A stretch of DNA of 64,000 bases. Origin: Ruditapes philippinarum. Its lineage: Eukaryota. Numbering within the stretch: position 1 is the stretch's first letter; the number at the start of each line of letters is the position of its first letter. The notes under the pieces are model-generated. The model was not told where the DNA came from. It made no database searches and saw only the letters and a program-made list of their open reading frames with translations. The translations under genes and the position numbers were made by a program. The stretch lies in the NCBI RefSeq assembly GCF_026571515.1, contig NW_026860906.1:1-64000 (forward strand), read 5' to 3'. Positions 37,534 through 52,155 of the stretch are shown one piece after another.

Positions 37534-40500
37534 ATGAGTTCGAAAGTGAAGGTGAAAAAAATACATGTATTTTTAACTCATATATAGCTTTATACCTGAA
37601 CAATACACATTACATATCTCATGAAATAGCGTGAAAATAATAATTATCACATATTTTCGCGACACAACGTAAAAGAGCTATTCCAGATCACACCTTTTAT
37701 ACCCTTTTCAAGACACTATAAAGTTGTTGTGTTCTACCTTAAAAGTAGCATTTGTTACTAAATAGAAAGTTAATTAAGGTTTTACTTACAGTACAGCTTA
37801 ATTATTTTAACTGGACCTTGGATGCTGGTAAATGATAGAATTACAGTCAACCCGGCCCCAAGTTAACAGGGCCTCACGTCAATCCGGCCCCAAAATTGGT
37901 CAATCCGGCCCACATTATATCTATTTGGTCAATGGGGACCCAAAATTGGATAATCAGGCCCCAATGTTGGTCAATCCGGCCCCAAAATTGGTAATTTTTT
38001 ATAAAATTGAATTATTGTTTTGGAAGTGGCTAGCCAAAAGTTCTAGCCGTACGTGAGTCACGTACGACTAGCCTGGACACACTGTATTGGCTAGCCGTAC
38101 GGCACTTTTCAAAATTATATGGAAGTCGAAAATGCATATGTTATTTTGTGTCTTTAAACGACGATTTTAATCAAATCTCCGCATTTGTCCTAGTGTCTTC
38201 ACTTTAATAAAGATGCTCCGCAATTTTTCACACACAAAAAATGAATACGAGTAAGCGTTGTATAATCTATCTTAATAACATTAAGTGTCAAAGTTGCATG
38301 TTATAACGTCCTTAATTTTCATGCTTATGATTTGTATGAAGGATGAATTGTTAAATCTGTTAATTAAGCACATGGATCGAATAAATAATGATCGGAGGGA
38401 ATAAATAAATAAAAAAATAGAGAATTAAAAAAAACGGTGAAAAGGAAAAATAATTTAATAATGCAAACTTTCCTTAATGATGGACGATGGACAAACTTCT
38501 ATACCGTCGGTAATTGACGCAATTATAGAGCCCGACAACAATTATTTTCAGTGTTTTTTGTTTGTTTTTGTTTTCAATTTAAAAATTAATATTAATGAAA
38601 CAAAAAAAGATTATTTTCAAAATTGTGTAAACCATTTCAATTGATGTTATTTAACTGCAACCAAACGCTATTTTTCTCGACGTCTTGAGATGACAAAGTA
38701 CGTACATTCTTTACTGTAGCCAACACGTCGATTAATCTCTAAAAAGTAAACATTCTTGACTAAAATCCTCGCTTAAAGTCATAATTAACATGCACTTTCG
38801 CCACCCATATATTTTTGAAAAGTGCCGTACGGCTAGCCAATACAGTGTGTCCTGGCTAGTCGTACGTGACTCACGTACGGCTAGAACTTTTGGCTAGCCG
38901 TACGGGCCCGTACGGCTAGCCACTTCCTATTGTTTTAGATGGTATTCAGCTTCTTTCCTTTTCTCTTTTGTCTATAAATGATATATTTATTACTGTTATA
39001 CACACATTTAAAAAAAATAAAGGATTTTCAAAATATATATACATCTTGACTTACTGAAGAATATGAACCATAGAATAAAACTAATTAAAACATCAATTGG
39101 CTTTAAATTTGTCAGTAAATTTAATTGCACCAATTAAGGCTTTAATACATAAATGATAATAGTGATAATGAATGATTATTTAAACATCAATAAATAATTT
39201 AATTATGTGTGAATGTATGCATTTATTCAAACAGTTAAGAGCAATCAATAAACAAAGAAATATTAATTGTGAAAAAAACTTTTAACTTTGTTGTCTGATC
39301 TATTTCATTTAAAAATATTTTATGACTTACTCTATGTGTTTGCTTCTTTCACATGTACCGCTTAAAAGAGCTGTCTGAAACAGTCAGCCCTTCTGAATAC
39401 TGTGTCTTCTGGTATAGATCCGTAATTGGGAGAAGAGAGAAACTTTTAAATATTATTAATATAGCTCTACTTTTTCACTTTTTCTTATTATCTTTTTTTT
39501 CTATTCAGGAAATTATGTGAATAATCATCAAGATAAAAAGCACAAGAGAATGTCTTCAAAGATTTGTTTTTATATAATTCATCACCTTTACTTTAAACAA
39601 GTTGTTTATTAAACAATAAAAATCTGGAAACAAATTGATCCCTCGGAAACATTTATCATAACAAAATTACAAGACAACTGCAAACTCGGTTTGATTGAGT
39701 CTGTACAAGAGGGATAATGTAAAGTGCAACATCCCTCCTAATAAAGCACATTAGTTAACTAGTTTTAATAAAAACGTCTAGTGTGCTTCTAGATATAATG
39801 AATCTTGCAATAATAATTATTCACATTATTTCTTGAATAAAAAGTAGTGCCAAATAACTAATGATAAAAATTGGGCCGGGTTGACCAGACGCCAGATTGA
39901 CTTGGGGCCTGATTGACTAATTTAGGGCTGGATTGACTAGAGGCCTGGTTGATTTGAGGCCAGGATGACTTGTACTGTAAATGATATATAAACTTTACTT
40001 TAAAACGAACTGTAAGTTCAACTCCCAACTATCTACAGTATACTTGATAACTTTCTTATTTTTATATGAAAATATATGTCATTTGTCTACAGCCATGCAG
40101 CTTAAAGTTTGAATACTTTAACAAAATGTTATCATTTACAGAAACCTAAACCAGTGAAACCTGACAGCTCAGCTGACAATACTTCAGAATCTGATTTACC
40201 AGATAACTGTGAGGTATGTTTTGTTTATTGCATCAGGTCACATACACTAACACTGATATTGCCCTTCAAGTCATTATTTCAGCCACAAGCAAGCACCAGA
40301 GAAGAACCATTGACTTGTAAGCTTGCTGGAGGTTAATTACACTTAAATAATCACTATGAATACAAGTTTTCAGCCTGAAGTTTAACAGGTTTTTTTTAAT
40401 ATTCCTGAAAGCTCACTTTTTCTACATACATGTAAAACCAAGTGAATTAATAATAATTTCAGAGTTTTCAGGTTTTCTTAATTTTTAACTTGCACCCTTG

Positions 40501-43500
40501 TAAAATGTTAATGTAAATTACTTTTTGTAATGCATTTCATGACATTTACATTGCCAAAATCTGTACATTATATTACAATTGGAAGGGGTTTTATAAAGTA
40601 ACACATTACATTACAATTACTTTGGCAAAATAATACATTACATCTAGGAAAACTTTTAGAAAAATAAGATTGACAGTCATTATAAATGCTGAATCTCATC
40701 AATATCAGATTAAACTCTTCAGCCTTTCAACACATCAAATTAATGTACACATTTATTATTTAGAAAATACCTTTTAAAACTTATTAATTTTTACTAGCCC
40801 TAAATTATTTTTTTCCTTTTTCAGGAAATGAAAGCAAAATTTGAACAAGAGCTTATCTGGTGCATAGAGCAGCTTCAACTTGGTTTAGACACAAGTAATC
40901 CAAATTCTAAACAAGGTACTGCTTGACAAAAACAAAATCATTATATTTAGTTTGACAACTACATAAATTGTTGTCTTTGCTCTTAGTGTTCTTAGGCCAC
41001 AAATCAATTATCATCTCCCTATTTACCATCTTTACAATGATGATGTTAATATCTAAGTACATGGAACTTGCTAATGTGATATTCACCTTGGCTGAAAATA
41101 CAGGGAAATCTACATGCAATAAATGTTTTATTATATGACTGTCTTTAAAATTCTTCAGTTGGTAATTTTTCAAAGTTGTCCAATTGCCTGTTTCATGCAA
41201 ACAAGTAAGCTGATAGAATATTTTATTATATACAATTATTGTATAATATTGAGGTGAGTATCTAATGTGACCTTGCTAATGTGATATTCACCTTAGCCGA
41301 AATAACAGGGAAATCTCCACAAAATAATTGTCTCAGTTGTTAAATTTTCAAAGTTTTCAAATTTCATTTTTCATACAAACAAGTTCTAAATAAGCAGATG
41401 GAATGATATGAATCAGTAAATTACACATGATGGTTGTTTAACATAATATTGCTTTTGATTGGTTAGCTAGAATTCTATATACTGTAAAGTGGTTTATGAT
41501 TGCTTTCATATACAAATGTAGTAGACATTTTAATTTTAAAAGCGCCATTCTTTATTAAGTTATGAAAAGTTTGTTTTGATCAGTATCACCAAGTCAATGT
41601 TAAGTTCCACTCACTGTCAATACAAACACAGGGGAATTGTTATTCATATAATAATACCTTATGATTGATATTTTCATCTTGTAGCCATAGAAGGTACTAA
41701 GGCTTTGAAGATTCTTTTAAGTTCTAAAGCTCCAATGATAAAGAAGAGACAAGTTATGAGGAATACATTTGGTGACTACAGGAAGAAGATGGCAGAAATG
41801 GAACACAAAAGTACTATAGGTAATTTTCTTTTATGTATTTTTGAAGGAGTTGTGCCCCTGGATTTTTGTGTCGCCTCTACGGAGTAGTGGCGACATATAG
41901 GGATCACTTCTCCGTCGTCTGTCTGTCCGTCTGTCCGTCCGTCCATCACAAAACTTGTCCGGACTACTCCTCATAAACTACTGGTGCAATTTCATCCAAA
42001 CTTTACAGGAATGATCAGTACCAAGTCTAGTTGTGCATATTGTCAGCATTTTCCGGTTCAATGATTTTTGTCAGAGTTATGGCCCTTTAATAATTTTTAG
42101 CTCGACTATTCGAAGAATATGAGAGCTATTGTAGTCGCCCTGGCGTCGGCGTCAGCGTCCGCGTCGGCGTCTGCGTTGGTTAAAGTTTTTTGTAAAGTCA
42201 AATATCTCAATTATTACTTGAGATATTCAATTGAAACTTACAATACTTATTTATAGTAACAAAGTACATCAGATTGACAAGTTGGATAACTCTGCCTACA
42301 ATATTGACAGAATTATGCCCCTTTTTAACTTAGAAATTTTGGTTAAAGTTTTTTGTAAAGTCAAATATCTCAATTATTGCTTTAGATATTCAATTGAAAC
42401 TTACAATACATGTTTATAGTAACAAGGTTCATCAGATTGACAAGTTTGATAACTCTGCCTGCAATATTTACAGAATTATGCCCCTTTTTAACTTAGAACT
42501 TTTGGTTAAAGTTTTTGTAAAGTCAAATATGTCAATTATTGCTTGAGATATTCAATTGAAACTTACAATACTTATTTATAGTAACAAGGTACATCAGACT
42601 GACAAGTTGGATAACTCTGCCTACAATATTGACAGAATTATGCCCCTTTGGAACTTAAAAAAATTTTGGTTAAAGTTTTTTTGTAAATTCAAATATCTCA
42701 ATTATTGCTTGAGATATTCAGTTGAAATTTAAAATACTTTTTTATAGTAACAATGTACATCAGTTTGCAAAATTGCACAACTCTGCCTGCAATATTTGCA
42801 GAATTATTTGCCCCTTTGAAACTTAGAAATTTTGGTTAAAGGTTAAAGGTCTTCAAAGATATTTACTTGAAACTTTACACATGCACTTAGGGTCATAATT
42901 GGAGGGTCATACTATCAAGCACATAGAATAGTCGAGCGTGCTGTCCTACCGACAGCTCTTGTTAATTTCAAAGATTGTCCGGACTACTTCTCTTATACCA
43001 CTTATGCAATTTCAATGAAACTTTACAGGATTGATCTGTAGCTCAAGTCCTTGCGCATATTGCATGGGTTTTCTGGTTGAATGATTTTTGGCCAAGTTAT
43101 GGTTCTTTGATAAAAAGGTTTTTTTTCTGGGGTGTTGCCCAGATACGAAAAAGTTTGGGCCCGGACTATTTCCCCCAAAAAACATTGGTGAAATTTTTAA
43201 AACCAAAATTTTTAACAGGAATGATCAGTACCAAGTTTTAGTTGTCCCCACTGTCCGTCTTTTCAAAATTTTTTCCCAAACATAAAATTGGCCATAAATG
43301 GGGCACACATTGATTACTGATCGCTTTTTGTTGAAAATTCAAAAGGGGAGACAGTTTATTTATGTGTTTGGGTTTAATTGGGAAACCCCTTGGGTGTGTG
43401 GGCAAAATGGTTAAGGTTTTTTTGCCCTTCAACCCACTTCCCCCCCCTTTCCCCCCCCCACTGGGGTTCATACCCCTGTTTGGGGATTTTTTTCTTTAAA

Positions 43501-44360
43501 AAAGACGTGTCCAGTTTGTTTAAGGGGAAATCATCAGTTTTGGGGGTTTGACCGTTTATTTTTCTTGAAGCAATGCAACCAGGGGCACCCCAAGGTCTTC
43601 CTCCGCTTATAAAGCTATAAAGTTTCCATATGACCTCAATTTTGTTGGTGCAATATAAAATCAATCAAAAAATAAAAATTCAGACGGTGTTTCAGTTGTA
43701 TTACTATGCCCTCAAAGTGAGCACTGTCTGCACTTTTACTCAGCAACCATTAAATTTAGATTTAATTCTCAAAACTCCATAAAAAAAGTCAGGTGAAATT
43801 TACAAATTTTGTGTGTGTTTGTTTTTTTTTAAGCCATATAACTAAAAACTTTATCTGGAAGATTCCAAACTGTTTGTGAAAGTTTCAATCTGTAAGGTTC
43901 AACAGTTTTCTAAATTTTCTTTATTCAGCAAAAAAATAAATCATTGTTTAATTGGTACAAAATATGTTCACACTCTTGTTAAGATGAGAATACATATTAT
44001 ATTTCAGCTGCTAGGAAAGGCAAAATAACATCAGCTGAAACAAAGAACATGCAAAAATCTACATTCTTCAAGAAAAGCACTACTAGAAAATCTGACAATG
44101 CCACCCCAGTTAAAACGTACAGTGATACACATATAGAGAACCAGTCTGAAAATTGTAATAATAATAATAGCCATGCTGACACAGGTGCCGATTTAAACTC
44201 TAAGTTTCAATTTAACTTTAAAATTGATGACAGTGTTCCAATAGTAAGTGATACTGAAAGTATAAACACAGACAACACAGTTGAAAATGTAAATAGTCTA
44301 GGTGGTGCAGTTTTGAAAAGTGACAATTCATTCCGGTTTAATTTTACAATACCAAGTTGA
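37534..44360 (+). CDS. C8orf33: UPF0488 / C8orf33 homologue. Exons 37534-37551 (tentative, MSSKVK), 40142-40213, 40825-40915, 41685-41819, 44008-44360
   Basis: [17 protein letters not shown], and [31 protein letters not shown], match the UPF0488 core; FQFNF and FRFNF motifs at the C-terminus. Junction phases are consistent. The first exon is a guess from ATG...AAG|gtgaaa. Confidence 0.85.
37842..39974. mobile_element. Non-autonomous DNA element with subterminal gtcaa(c/t)ccggccc repeats inverted at the two ends
   Basis: Left end has repeated gtcaatccggcccc; right end has repeated gggccgggttgac and gggcctgattgac. Confidence 0.7.
38022..38927. mobile_element. Mutator (MULE)-like MITE, TIRs of about 100-120 bp, 9-bp TSD TATTGTTTT, nested in the preceding element
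   Basis: GGAAGTGGCTAGCC...GGCTAGCCACTTCC. TATTGTTTT at 38013-38021 and 38928-38936. Confidence 0.88.
41863..43700 (+). mobile_element. HINE-like element hosting a nested HINE; its 3' part is noisy
   Basis: tgtcgcc...ggcgaca stem, (GTCC/GTCT)n microsatellite, repeated tgtccggactac...aaactttacagga units. Right boundary approximate. Confidence 0.65.
42095..42963 (+). mobile_element. Complete HINE-like element with about 4 central tandem units of about 163 bp
   Basis: ttttagctcgactattc ... gaatagtcgagc subterminal inverted repeat, ggcgtc microsatellite, terminal gctgtc..gacagc stem-loop, cttgtt end. Confidence 0.85.
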
Positions 44361-44918
44361 TGAGACGGATAAATCAAGGGATATTTGAAAGACTATTGTG
44401 AAGAAAACCTTTATATGTGTGTGAATTATATGAAGATTAAGAGTGATTTAAATAGGAGAGTATATTATCAAGGAACGGATAAAGTTGCTTAAATCAGCAT
44501 GCCTCCAGATACCGATTTTCATGAAAAATTTGAAAATTAATTATTAAATATAAAAATCATAAAATTAATCAACAGTTACTGTAAAATTACATTGAATCCA
44601 TTATGTTAAAGGTGATTCTCAAAAGATTTGTAACATAGAATGTCTCTGTTACTTAACAGTGTTCGTAAACAGAATAAAATGTACCGAAACAAAATATTAT
44701 ACTGCTGTTTTAAGTATTTTTGTGTTCTAGAACAAAATTTTAAGTAGAGTTTTATCAGTTCTGTAATTTTTTGTTCATGCCCCATTTCCTTTTAAGCTAG
44801 TTCACTATCTTATTTATTTGAATTTTCATACAAGCATTTCGGAAGTATTCTTTTTTTTAATTGAATTTTTTTTTTCAGTAGATACATCTATATAGCTTTA
44901 TACACTTTAAAAGAAGAT

Positions 44919-45137
44919 AATTGAGCTGCGTCACCACAAAACCAACATAATGGGTTTGCGACCAGCATGGATGCAAACCAGCCTGCACATCCGCGCAGTC
45001 TGATCTGATCAGGATCCATGCTGTTCGCTATCAGTTTCTTTACTTGATATAGGGTCTGTAAGCGAACAGCATTGATCCAGATCAGACTGCGCGGTCGCAA
45101 ATGCATTACGTTGGTTTTGTCGTGACGCGGCTCAATT
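44919..45137. mobile_element. MITE of a family common in clam genomes
   Basis: TIRs aattgagctgcgtcaccacaaaaccaac / gttggttttgtcgtgacgcggctcaatt; internal gatccatgctgttcgct palindromic arms. Confidence 0.8.
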
Positions 45138-45849
45138 TACAGGAATTATGTATGCTAGGAAGCATAATTTGTTGACACATTTTATAAATTATTGTAAAGA
45201 AAAATGTGTTGCCAATTTCAATTGAACATATGTTTTTTATATAATAGGAATTGTTTGCTGGAATGATTTTGTGACGTAATAAATACTGGAGGATATTCTT
45301 TACTTATATTTATTTTGCTAAAATTCGCATATAGTGTTATGAATGGATGTATTGTAAACATACTAACTTTTTGGAATCATAATATTTTCAGAATATTAAA
45401 AACAGAACTTGACCATGACCCTTATATGACCTTGACTTTTAAGGATTGAACTGGCCACAACTCGTTTAACCAGGTGTCAATTTGCCACCATTCAAGTATG
45501 ACCTTGAGCTTAACATGACTGGCCTTTATGAATAATGGAACGGAAATATGCCGATTTAATAGTCATAACCTTATTATTATTGCACTGATTTGATTACTAT
45601 GTGGACATTGAAACTAAGACAAAACGAACTTGTTCAATAATTTGCTAGTAAGTATGACCTTGCACTTAAGAAAACTTCGCCGTAAATATTTTCTCTTCGC
45701 CCTATATGATCTGAAAAGCGAAATTCTAGTCGCCCGTAAATCTCTATGAAACGTCAGACATGTATAACTCGATAATACTGTCTGGAGGCAGATTTAATTT
45801 CACGGCGTCTCAACGCCGTGATATTGTGATGGGTAGTTTTCGGTAGCAT

Positions 45850-46200
45850 GGGCAAAAGTCACGTGACAAAATTCCTTTCGATTTCTACAGCCGACATTTT
45901 ATTGGCTTTTTACGCAATCATTGTACAGCCCATTTCCGTGAAAAGTTACATAGAAACATTTCCTTTCAAATCATATACATTACAGTATTTTTATCAACAC
46001 GCGAAATATAAGCGTGATATATTTACACAATTTCGCAAATCCTTTCGACACACTTGAGAAGTTTGAATACTAAAACCCGGATTTCGAATATCGTTGTGGT
46101 CTACATTGATGCCATATCCATTCGTTCATTCATTTATATATTTTCAAAATTTTCCTACAAGAAGAAAGTTCACCTGCCAATTAGTATAAGGATAGGTAAT
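45850..46200 (+). promoter_or_regulatory. Candidate promoter or non-coding exon
   Basis: Palindromic E-box GTCACGTGAC at 45858-45867, reverse CCAAT (attgg) at 45901, locally raised CpG, possible donor ag|gtaat at about 46196. Confidence 0.3.
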
Positions 46201-48589
46201 GGACTGTTATAAACGATTATCCTATTAATTTTCTATATTACATTTATCTGTTGCACAGAATGGTTGGTTTTACAAGGTGTACCAGTATCCGGATGTTGAA
46301 AGCTATCCGATTTTCTGCAAAAACTGCTGTAACATGGCCATCTATTTTTTATAAATACTTTACCATGAATTTGCATGGCTTAATAAAACTAAGCCTGCAA
46401 CATTTCTTAATTTTGATGTTTGGGGTGTTCTTTTGGGTTTCAGGTTTTCTCTATTTTAAGGGGAAGTAACTCATGTTTACTAAATTATCTGTTCTTTTCT
46501 GTCTATCTTAGGTTGAAGTTAGGTATTACTTACTATTTTTGTTTAATAAAATTTACCAGTTGTAAGGTATTAATCAAAAGCATAGAGGCCATGATGAGTG
46601 AATATTGATATATATTTTTTTACTGGCTTTATATACCTTAATTAGACCAGATTTTTCTAGTTTGTTCAGTTAGGTATTCTGCTAGAGGAATATTCTAATC
46701 AATATGTGAAATTATTATTTTCTATGTGTTTGTATGTAAATTGCTCATAAAATAACCTTTGGTAAAAATGAAAAGGTAGAATATTTAAGCTATACATATG
46801 GGTGCTCATTTTAAACACTTTATATATATACAGTTAGTTTTATAGTAAAGTCTAATGAGGGACAGTATTTGTTACTGTAAGAGATATGCATTTAATGTTT
46901 AGAAACTCACACAACTTAATCTTTATTATATAATTTTTATTGAGATTTTTTTTTTACTTTTATACTATACAATATCATGTACATTATAGTTTTCTTTCTA
47001 CAAGATTATGAATTCCACCCAAACACCAATGTTAATAGGATGTTATATTTATTTTTAATGGAACCTGAGAATTATTTATGTAATGTTCATACAAGTGTAT
47101 CATAGTATATGGATATAATGTGTATTTCTGTATTTAAAGACTTACAGTTATGATGGATGAGACTTGCATTTAAATTTATAAATGATAATACATGATCAGT
47201 CTACAGGTTAAAGATGTTTATACCCAGTGTTAGCTGGCTAATAATAGTATCTATAACAGAGTTTATATATTATAGTTTTCTTTCTACTAGATTTTGAATT
47301 CCATCCATTAGTACCAATGTTAATGTTAGGATTTCATATTTATTTAATAGAAACTGGGAATTATTAATGTTATGTGCATACATGTATATCTTAGTATATT
47401 GATATGATGAGATTTATAATATTTCCAAATTTAAAGAGTTAATACAGTTATGTCATTATTATTAAAGGGATGAGACTTTCATTTAAAGTTATAAAATGAT
47501 AATACATGTATTGATTGAAAATGTCCTGAATCTTGGATCCAGCAATATAATTGATAAAGTCTCCAAACAAATCATATTCTGAATAGTTACATTCTATTTT
47601 TTTTCTAACATGTGCATAGTTTGAAATGGACAGCTTCTGCCTTATCTATTTGTAATGGAGGGACACCGGTCTCAATCTCCAGGTCTCCTGAGTCAACCCA
47701 ACAACATACTTTTCATAGAGTAGATTGTTACTTGCCCTTGAATAAATTTTTACACTAAATTTTATAGTGGGTGATTTAATGTGCCACATGAAAACCAACA
47801 AAGTACAAAAAGTAACCAGGCGCCAGATGAAAACATGAAAATACAATCAACCACGAAGTGGTTCGTTGGTTGCATAATTTTCATGTTTTCGCCCGGTGCC
47901 CTTGATGCAAAATACAAATCAGTCTTCATAAAATTTCTTATCATAGAAAAAAGGTTATTTTTTTATCTGTACAAAAAATAGATATTGTACATGAATTAGC
48001 ACAGTTATGTTCACTTTCAAATTGACCTGTTACAAATAATGGCACAACCAATAACTGTCTAAGCCCTTTTTAGTAAAAATAATTATACAATGGTATATAA
48101 ATTGTTATCTTAATTAAGACTATATGAGTATGTAAGGGTTTTTTTTCTTATTTATTAATTAAGAATTATTTATCTGTTAATTTAAAAATCTAAATATCTG
48201 TCATGGTTTAGAACTGTTCACTATTTAGGGGAGAAAATGTGTAAGTGGCCAGATAGCTCAATCGCTACAGCCGCGGTACATTATTCTGTGGGTCACAGGT
48301 TTGAGTTATGGTGAAGCTGAAAGTTTTTCTCATCCTGTGACTGCATAATAACCATGAGTTTAATTCACTATGCTCTGTAAACATCAGAAATTCAAGGACA
48401 TTAATCAATATAGTGGAGAAATATGTTGTGGTTTAGAACTGTTTCATTATTTAAGAGAAAATGTGTAGCCGGCCGGATAGCTCAGTTGGTCTTCTGAAAG
48501 TCATGTGTTCGAGTCATGGTCAGGCAGTTTTGAGTCAGGGTTTAGAAGTGGTTTTGCGACTGGCACATGTTTTATTCATTTAATAAAGT

Positions 48590-49030
48590 GCATTTAATTT
48601 GAAATGGACAAAGGCAGTATTGCATGATACTGTTAGATCTACAAAAGCATTTGATACAGTTGATCACACTATACTGCACATGAAGAAGTTCTTTTTCTTC
48701 TTCTTAATGGAACTTCAAGCATCTGCCATATGTAATGACATTCTTACATGGTTCAAGTTTTATCTCTGATAGCAGCTGGTTGATGTGGCTGGTACTCCTT
48801 CTACTTCTGCTCTGAGTACCTATGGTGTCCCCCTGATGTTCATTTTAGGTCCTCTTTTATGTCTAATATATGTCAATGACATGTCTGCAACCCTTATAAG
48901 CAATTAGCTTTATTATATGCACAGGTACAAGTATCAGACCTGGGAAGAAAAAATATGATTAGATTTTCTTCCCAGGTTCGATACTCGTGCATGTGATTAT
49001 ATGATGATGACTCAGGTATCCTTGTACATG
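48590..49030 (+). pseudogene. Degenerate LINE reverse-transcriptase fragment (CR1/L2-type)
   Basis: Frameshifted LLDLQ(K)AFDTVDHTIL, YGVP...ILGPLLCLIYVNDM and a YDDDSGILV (YADD-like) motif. Confidence 0.8.
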
Positions 49031-49291
49031 TATTTAGGTCAAATTCTTTTGGCGTCGCCCTTTGATGCTTTGCATCAATGCTTTTCTTGTTGTGTAATCT
49101 GACGTATTTAGCACACGCGCTAAAGCGTGGCCATAGCGACATTTGGAATTTACACTTGAAAATCCACATCGCTAAAAATAGCGCATTGATTACACGGTAA
49201 ATTAAAGCTGTGAAAGACCCTGATTTGAATGCAGCAGATGATAAAAAGCTAGCTAATTGATAATTAAGTTACCTCAAACGTATATTTGTGT

Positions 49292-49531
49292 CTTATTTAC
49301 AATATCCCCTGTATGTTTTGTTTGATTTACAATATTCCCTGTACGTTTTGTTTGATTTACAATATTCCCTAAACGTTATGTTTGATTTACAATTTCCCCT
49401 ATATGTCCTGTTTGATTTACAATATTCCCTAAACGTTTAGTTTGATTTACAATTTCCCCTATATGTCCTGTTTGATTTACAATAATTATCTCCTATATGT
49501 CCTGTTTGATTTACAATAATTATCCCCTATA
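49292..49531. repeat. Minisatellite, 30-bp unit (tgtttgatttacaatattcccctatatgtcc-like), about 8 copies; resumes at 52156-52190
   Basis: Direct reading; the array is interrupted by the element at 49532-52155. Confidence 0.9.
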
Positions 49532-52155
49532 CACCGTAGGGAACGTGTTACAGTATCGCGTTTTTCGGTTACAGTATAGAATTTTAAAGATGGAGGATTA
49601 TTTGTTGAGAGGACAGGTAGGTAATTTTTATTCCGGTCCATACTACAAGTAGTTTAGTGTCTAAAAGATGTTTTGTGCTTTGCTTGTAAGGAACAGAATC
49701 CGGTATCTAGTCATATATTTCTTCAGACTCTGCACCGCAGATTTATCGTTATATTGTCTCAGAAATATGCAGATTTGACTGTTTGAAAATTTGAATCGAG
49801 AGACCAACGCATTTTCTCCAATTTCGACAATATTTATGCATGCCTAGAAAAAGTAAATCTGCAAAACGTTAGTCCTTTATGTTAGGAAACGTTTATAAAA
49901 GTTAATGACCAGTTGAACTTATTTTCCTGTTCGTTAAATGCGTTTTAAAAAATAAACAATGTTACAGTATAGAGCGAGGTGATTTGTGCAAGGTTACAGC
50001 ATAGACCTAGCGATTTTTATCCGATTTTGTTACAGTTTATACTCAGATTTCTGTTACAGTTTAGACTTCGATATTTTCTATATATACTAGGTAAAATGTA
50101 TGAATGTTACATAGACTTTTAAATCTCTGTGAGCTTATTGGCCCGGTGGCTATTCGTTCGTCTGTGTGTTCAATCTCATCCGCTCAGTAACTACTTGGCT
50201 AAATGTGATGACATTTACATGACTTTCTAACAATTAGTTGTTCAAATATATGGTTTCGCTTGCAATCGGGGATACGAAAACCCAAATTATAGATTTTGAA
50301 AAAGGCAATGTTTAAAGACCCTTCTCGTCTCGAACCAAAAGCATTCAAATCAAATCATGATCATGGCGTCATTTCGAATGCTTCTAAGTTGAATTTACGA
50401 TTATTTTGTCATTATTAAATTAAAAGTCGTTTTTTCTTATTTCAGACATTCTGTATAGCAGTTTTCATGTTTCTGAAAAAGAAAATAATATTGAAAGTTA
50501 TAGAGTATAAATTAAGGTCAGACAATTACAATATCTTCTCTAGTGAGTCTGATGGAGGTACATAAAAGTGGCTGAGTCCGGATAAGGCCGTCGACTTCAA
50601 ATTATCTTTCATTTACTGCTGTAGTTGAAATCCAATCATGACTTTGGATTCTTTGTATGTGAGGAATCTATCAAGGTAATTTACGGAAGGTCGGTGGTAT
50701 AGTCAGGTGCCCCCTCGTGTCTGAAATGTTCCACAAAGGGATTATGTGTCTTTCTTTACACTAAAGCAGGAATGTTTTCACATGACCTCAGTGTCGTTGA
50801 AATTTAATCCCTAAGAAAGCCAAACGTAACAAACCCTTTTAAATACATACAAAATACATTATTGTAGATGGAAATTCCAACTTGAAATAAAATTTAAGGT
50901 TGAAATATTGCTCACTTAAATACTGTTTAATCATTCTTAGGGTATTGCCTGCTTGTTAATTGTGTCTTTTGACAGCTTATCTATGGTATGTAAGCTTCAT
51001 AACCTCCGATCCCCTCTCAAAATTTCATTTTATTTAGTTTTTAAAGCACACGAAGTTTTTAACCTGGGTGTAATATGTCGCTTTTCATAGAATGGCAATA
51101 ACGTGCCACATTGAAGGTTTCATGATAACCGCCATATGAACACATCCACAGATGTTAAAAAATCTAAAGTGTACCAGTTCATGTTTAATGTGAATTCTGC
51201 TGAAGCCGGTGCTAGGAGGCGTGGACGGTAGCTTGCAGTTACCACTACCGTCCCATCAACAGGTTTAATCAAACTGAGCCTGCAACATTTTCATATTTTC
51301 CGTGTTGGACTTCTGTTAAGGATTCTTTTTTCTCTATTTTATTACTAATAGGCATTATTATAATGTGTAATGAAATCAAGCAATAATCTTTCTTCTCTCA
51401 ATACAATTCGATAAAAGTTACTGTTGTTGTCGCGAAAACAGTCCTTACTTAGGACATTACTTATACTGCAAAAAGTCTCAATCTGAAACTTAAAGTAAGA
51501 AAAATAGCAAACTATAACTATTCTGCTGAAGAAAAAAAGTAATACAACCTTTCAAGAATGTATAAAATAGAAAGGTATGAGTTATTTCATAAAAATAATG
51601 GATACACGAACTTTGTTTGAAATTTGGCAAGTATCTAAACTGTAACCGAAATCTGGGTATATACTGGAACAAAATTGTATCAAAGTCGCTCGGTCTATAC
51701 TGTAACCCTGCAAAATTCACATCGCTCTATACTGTAACAGTGTTTATTTTTCAAAAGCATTTTACCAACAGGAAAAAGGGTTCAACTGGTCATTTACTTT
51801 TATAAACGTTTCTAAACACAAAGGTCTAACATTTTGTAGATTTACTTTATCTAGGCATGCTTAAACAATGTCGCAATGGGGAAAAATGCGTTGGTCTCTC
51901 GAATCCAATTTTTAAACCTTCAAATCTGCACATTTATGAGACAAAACAGAGATAAATCTGCGTGTGCAGGGTCTGAAGAAATATATGACTAGATACCGGA
52001 TTCTGTTCCTTACAAGCAAAGCACAAACACATCTTTTAGAAACTAAACTGGCCTGAATAAAATTCACCTACATCTCTTCTCATAAATAATCCTCCATCTT
52101 TAAAAGTCTATACTGTAACTGAAAAACGCGATACTGTAACACGTTCCCTACGGTG
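49532..52155. mobile_element. Non-autonomous DNA transposon with TIRs of about 550 bp starting CACCGTAGGG, 5-bp TSD CTATA (Transib-like signature)
   Basis: caccgtagggaacgtgttacagtatcgcgttttt... matches the reverse complement of about 51600-52155. CTATA at 49527-49531 and 52156-52160. Confidence 0.88.
50565..50830 (+). mobile_element. tRNA-derived SINE, probably MetaSINE-type (fragment also at about 63605-63670)
   Basis: gtggctgagt..g.taagg head and tacggaaggtcggtggt...caggtgccc central domain. Confidence 0.6.

Noticed and set aside
46980-47510. Local direct duplications (also 41050-41400 and 63496-63533)
   Set aside because: Diverged non-coding duplications with no coding or structural signal.
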